Below, piece by piece: positions 63,953-64,000 of a stretch of DNA of 64,000 nt. Below the pieces are notes generated by a model, which saw only the letters and a list, made by a program, of their open reading frames with translations, made no database searches and had not been told where the DNA came from. Position 1 is the first letter of the stretch, and each line of letters begins with the position of its first letter. Origin of the DNA: an uncultured bacterium (GTDB lineage Bacteria; Omnitrophota; Omnitrophia; Omnitrophales; Abzuiibacteriaceae); NCBI GenBank assembly GCA_964387845.1, contig CAYLXA010000009.1:32001-96000 (forward strand), in the 5' to 3' direction. The translations under genes were made by a program, and so were the position numbers.

Positions 63953-64000
63953 CAAACTTAATTGGGGCAGCGAATCCCAAACCCAAACGGGAGCGTAAAC

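Overview
All convincing genes in this 64 kb window lie on the minus strand; the plus-strand ORFs in the track are short shadow ORFs. An ordinary heat-shock block sits at 4398..8743: gpsA, an FmdB-type zinc-ribbon gene, dnaJ, grpE and hrcA, with a CIRCE-like operator and a sigma70-type promoter upstream of hrcA. The rest of the window is a co-directional cluster of giant ORFs of about 3270, 5718, 4508, 2595 and at least 1497 codons, plus one more giant gene running off the left edge. Each giant protein is a string of complete, recognisable enzyme modules. I recognise a GTP-type PEP carboxykinase, triosephosphate isomerase and a metallophosphoesterase in one. Another carries two 3-hydroxyacyl-CoA dehydrogenases, a methylmalonyl-CoA mutase, an acyl-CoA synthetase, an HpcH-like lyase and an acyl-CoA dehydrogenase. 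A third carries biotin carboxylase, carboxyltransferase beta and alpha, a second methylmalonyl-CoA mutase with its B12 domain, two MeaB GTPases, two methyltransferases and a P-loop kinase. The 2595-codon gene has an amino-acid dehydrogenase-like module and a TetR-like helix-turn-helix, and the 1497-codon gene a phosphohexomutase. The module boundaries are marked by one pentapeptide, R-S-E-L-R, seen about 47 times exactly plus about 10 near variants, encoded with widely varied synonymous codons. Four of the six giant proteins share an N-terminal signal-peptide-like leader (FSFT-S/N-S-IAYSDIP, or an FTLNSTLAYA variant on the truncated gene), and several share a small C-terminal domain. A TraB/GumN/Tiki-like putative protease occurs as a stand-alone 524-aa gene and again as the N-terminal domain of the truncated giant gene. 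A family of palindromic elements built from GTAAGTG-type heptamers fills every intergenic gap of the heat-shock block, and related heptamer palindromes are inserted in frame inside giant genes. I read the giant genes as a possible polyprotein-style system with RSELR as a processing or sorting motif. This is inference; an assembly or design artefact cannot be excluded from sequence alone.
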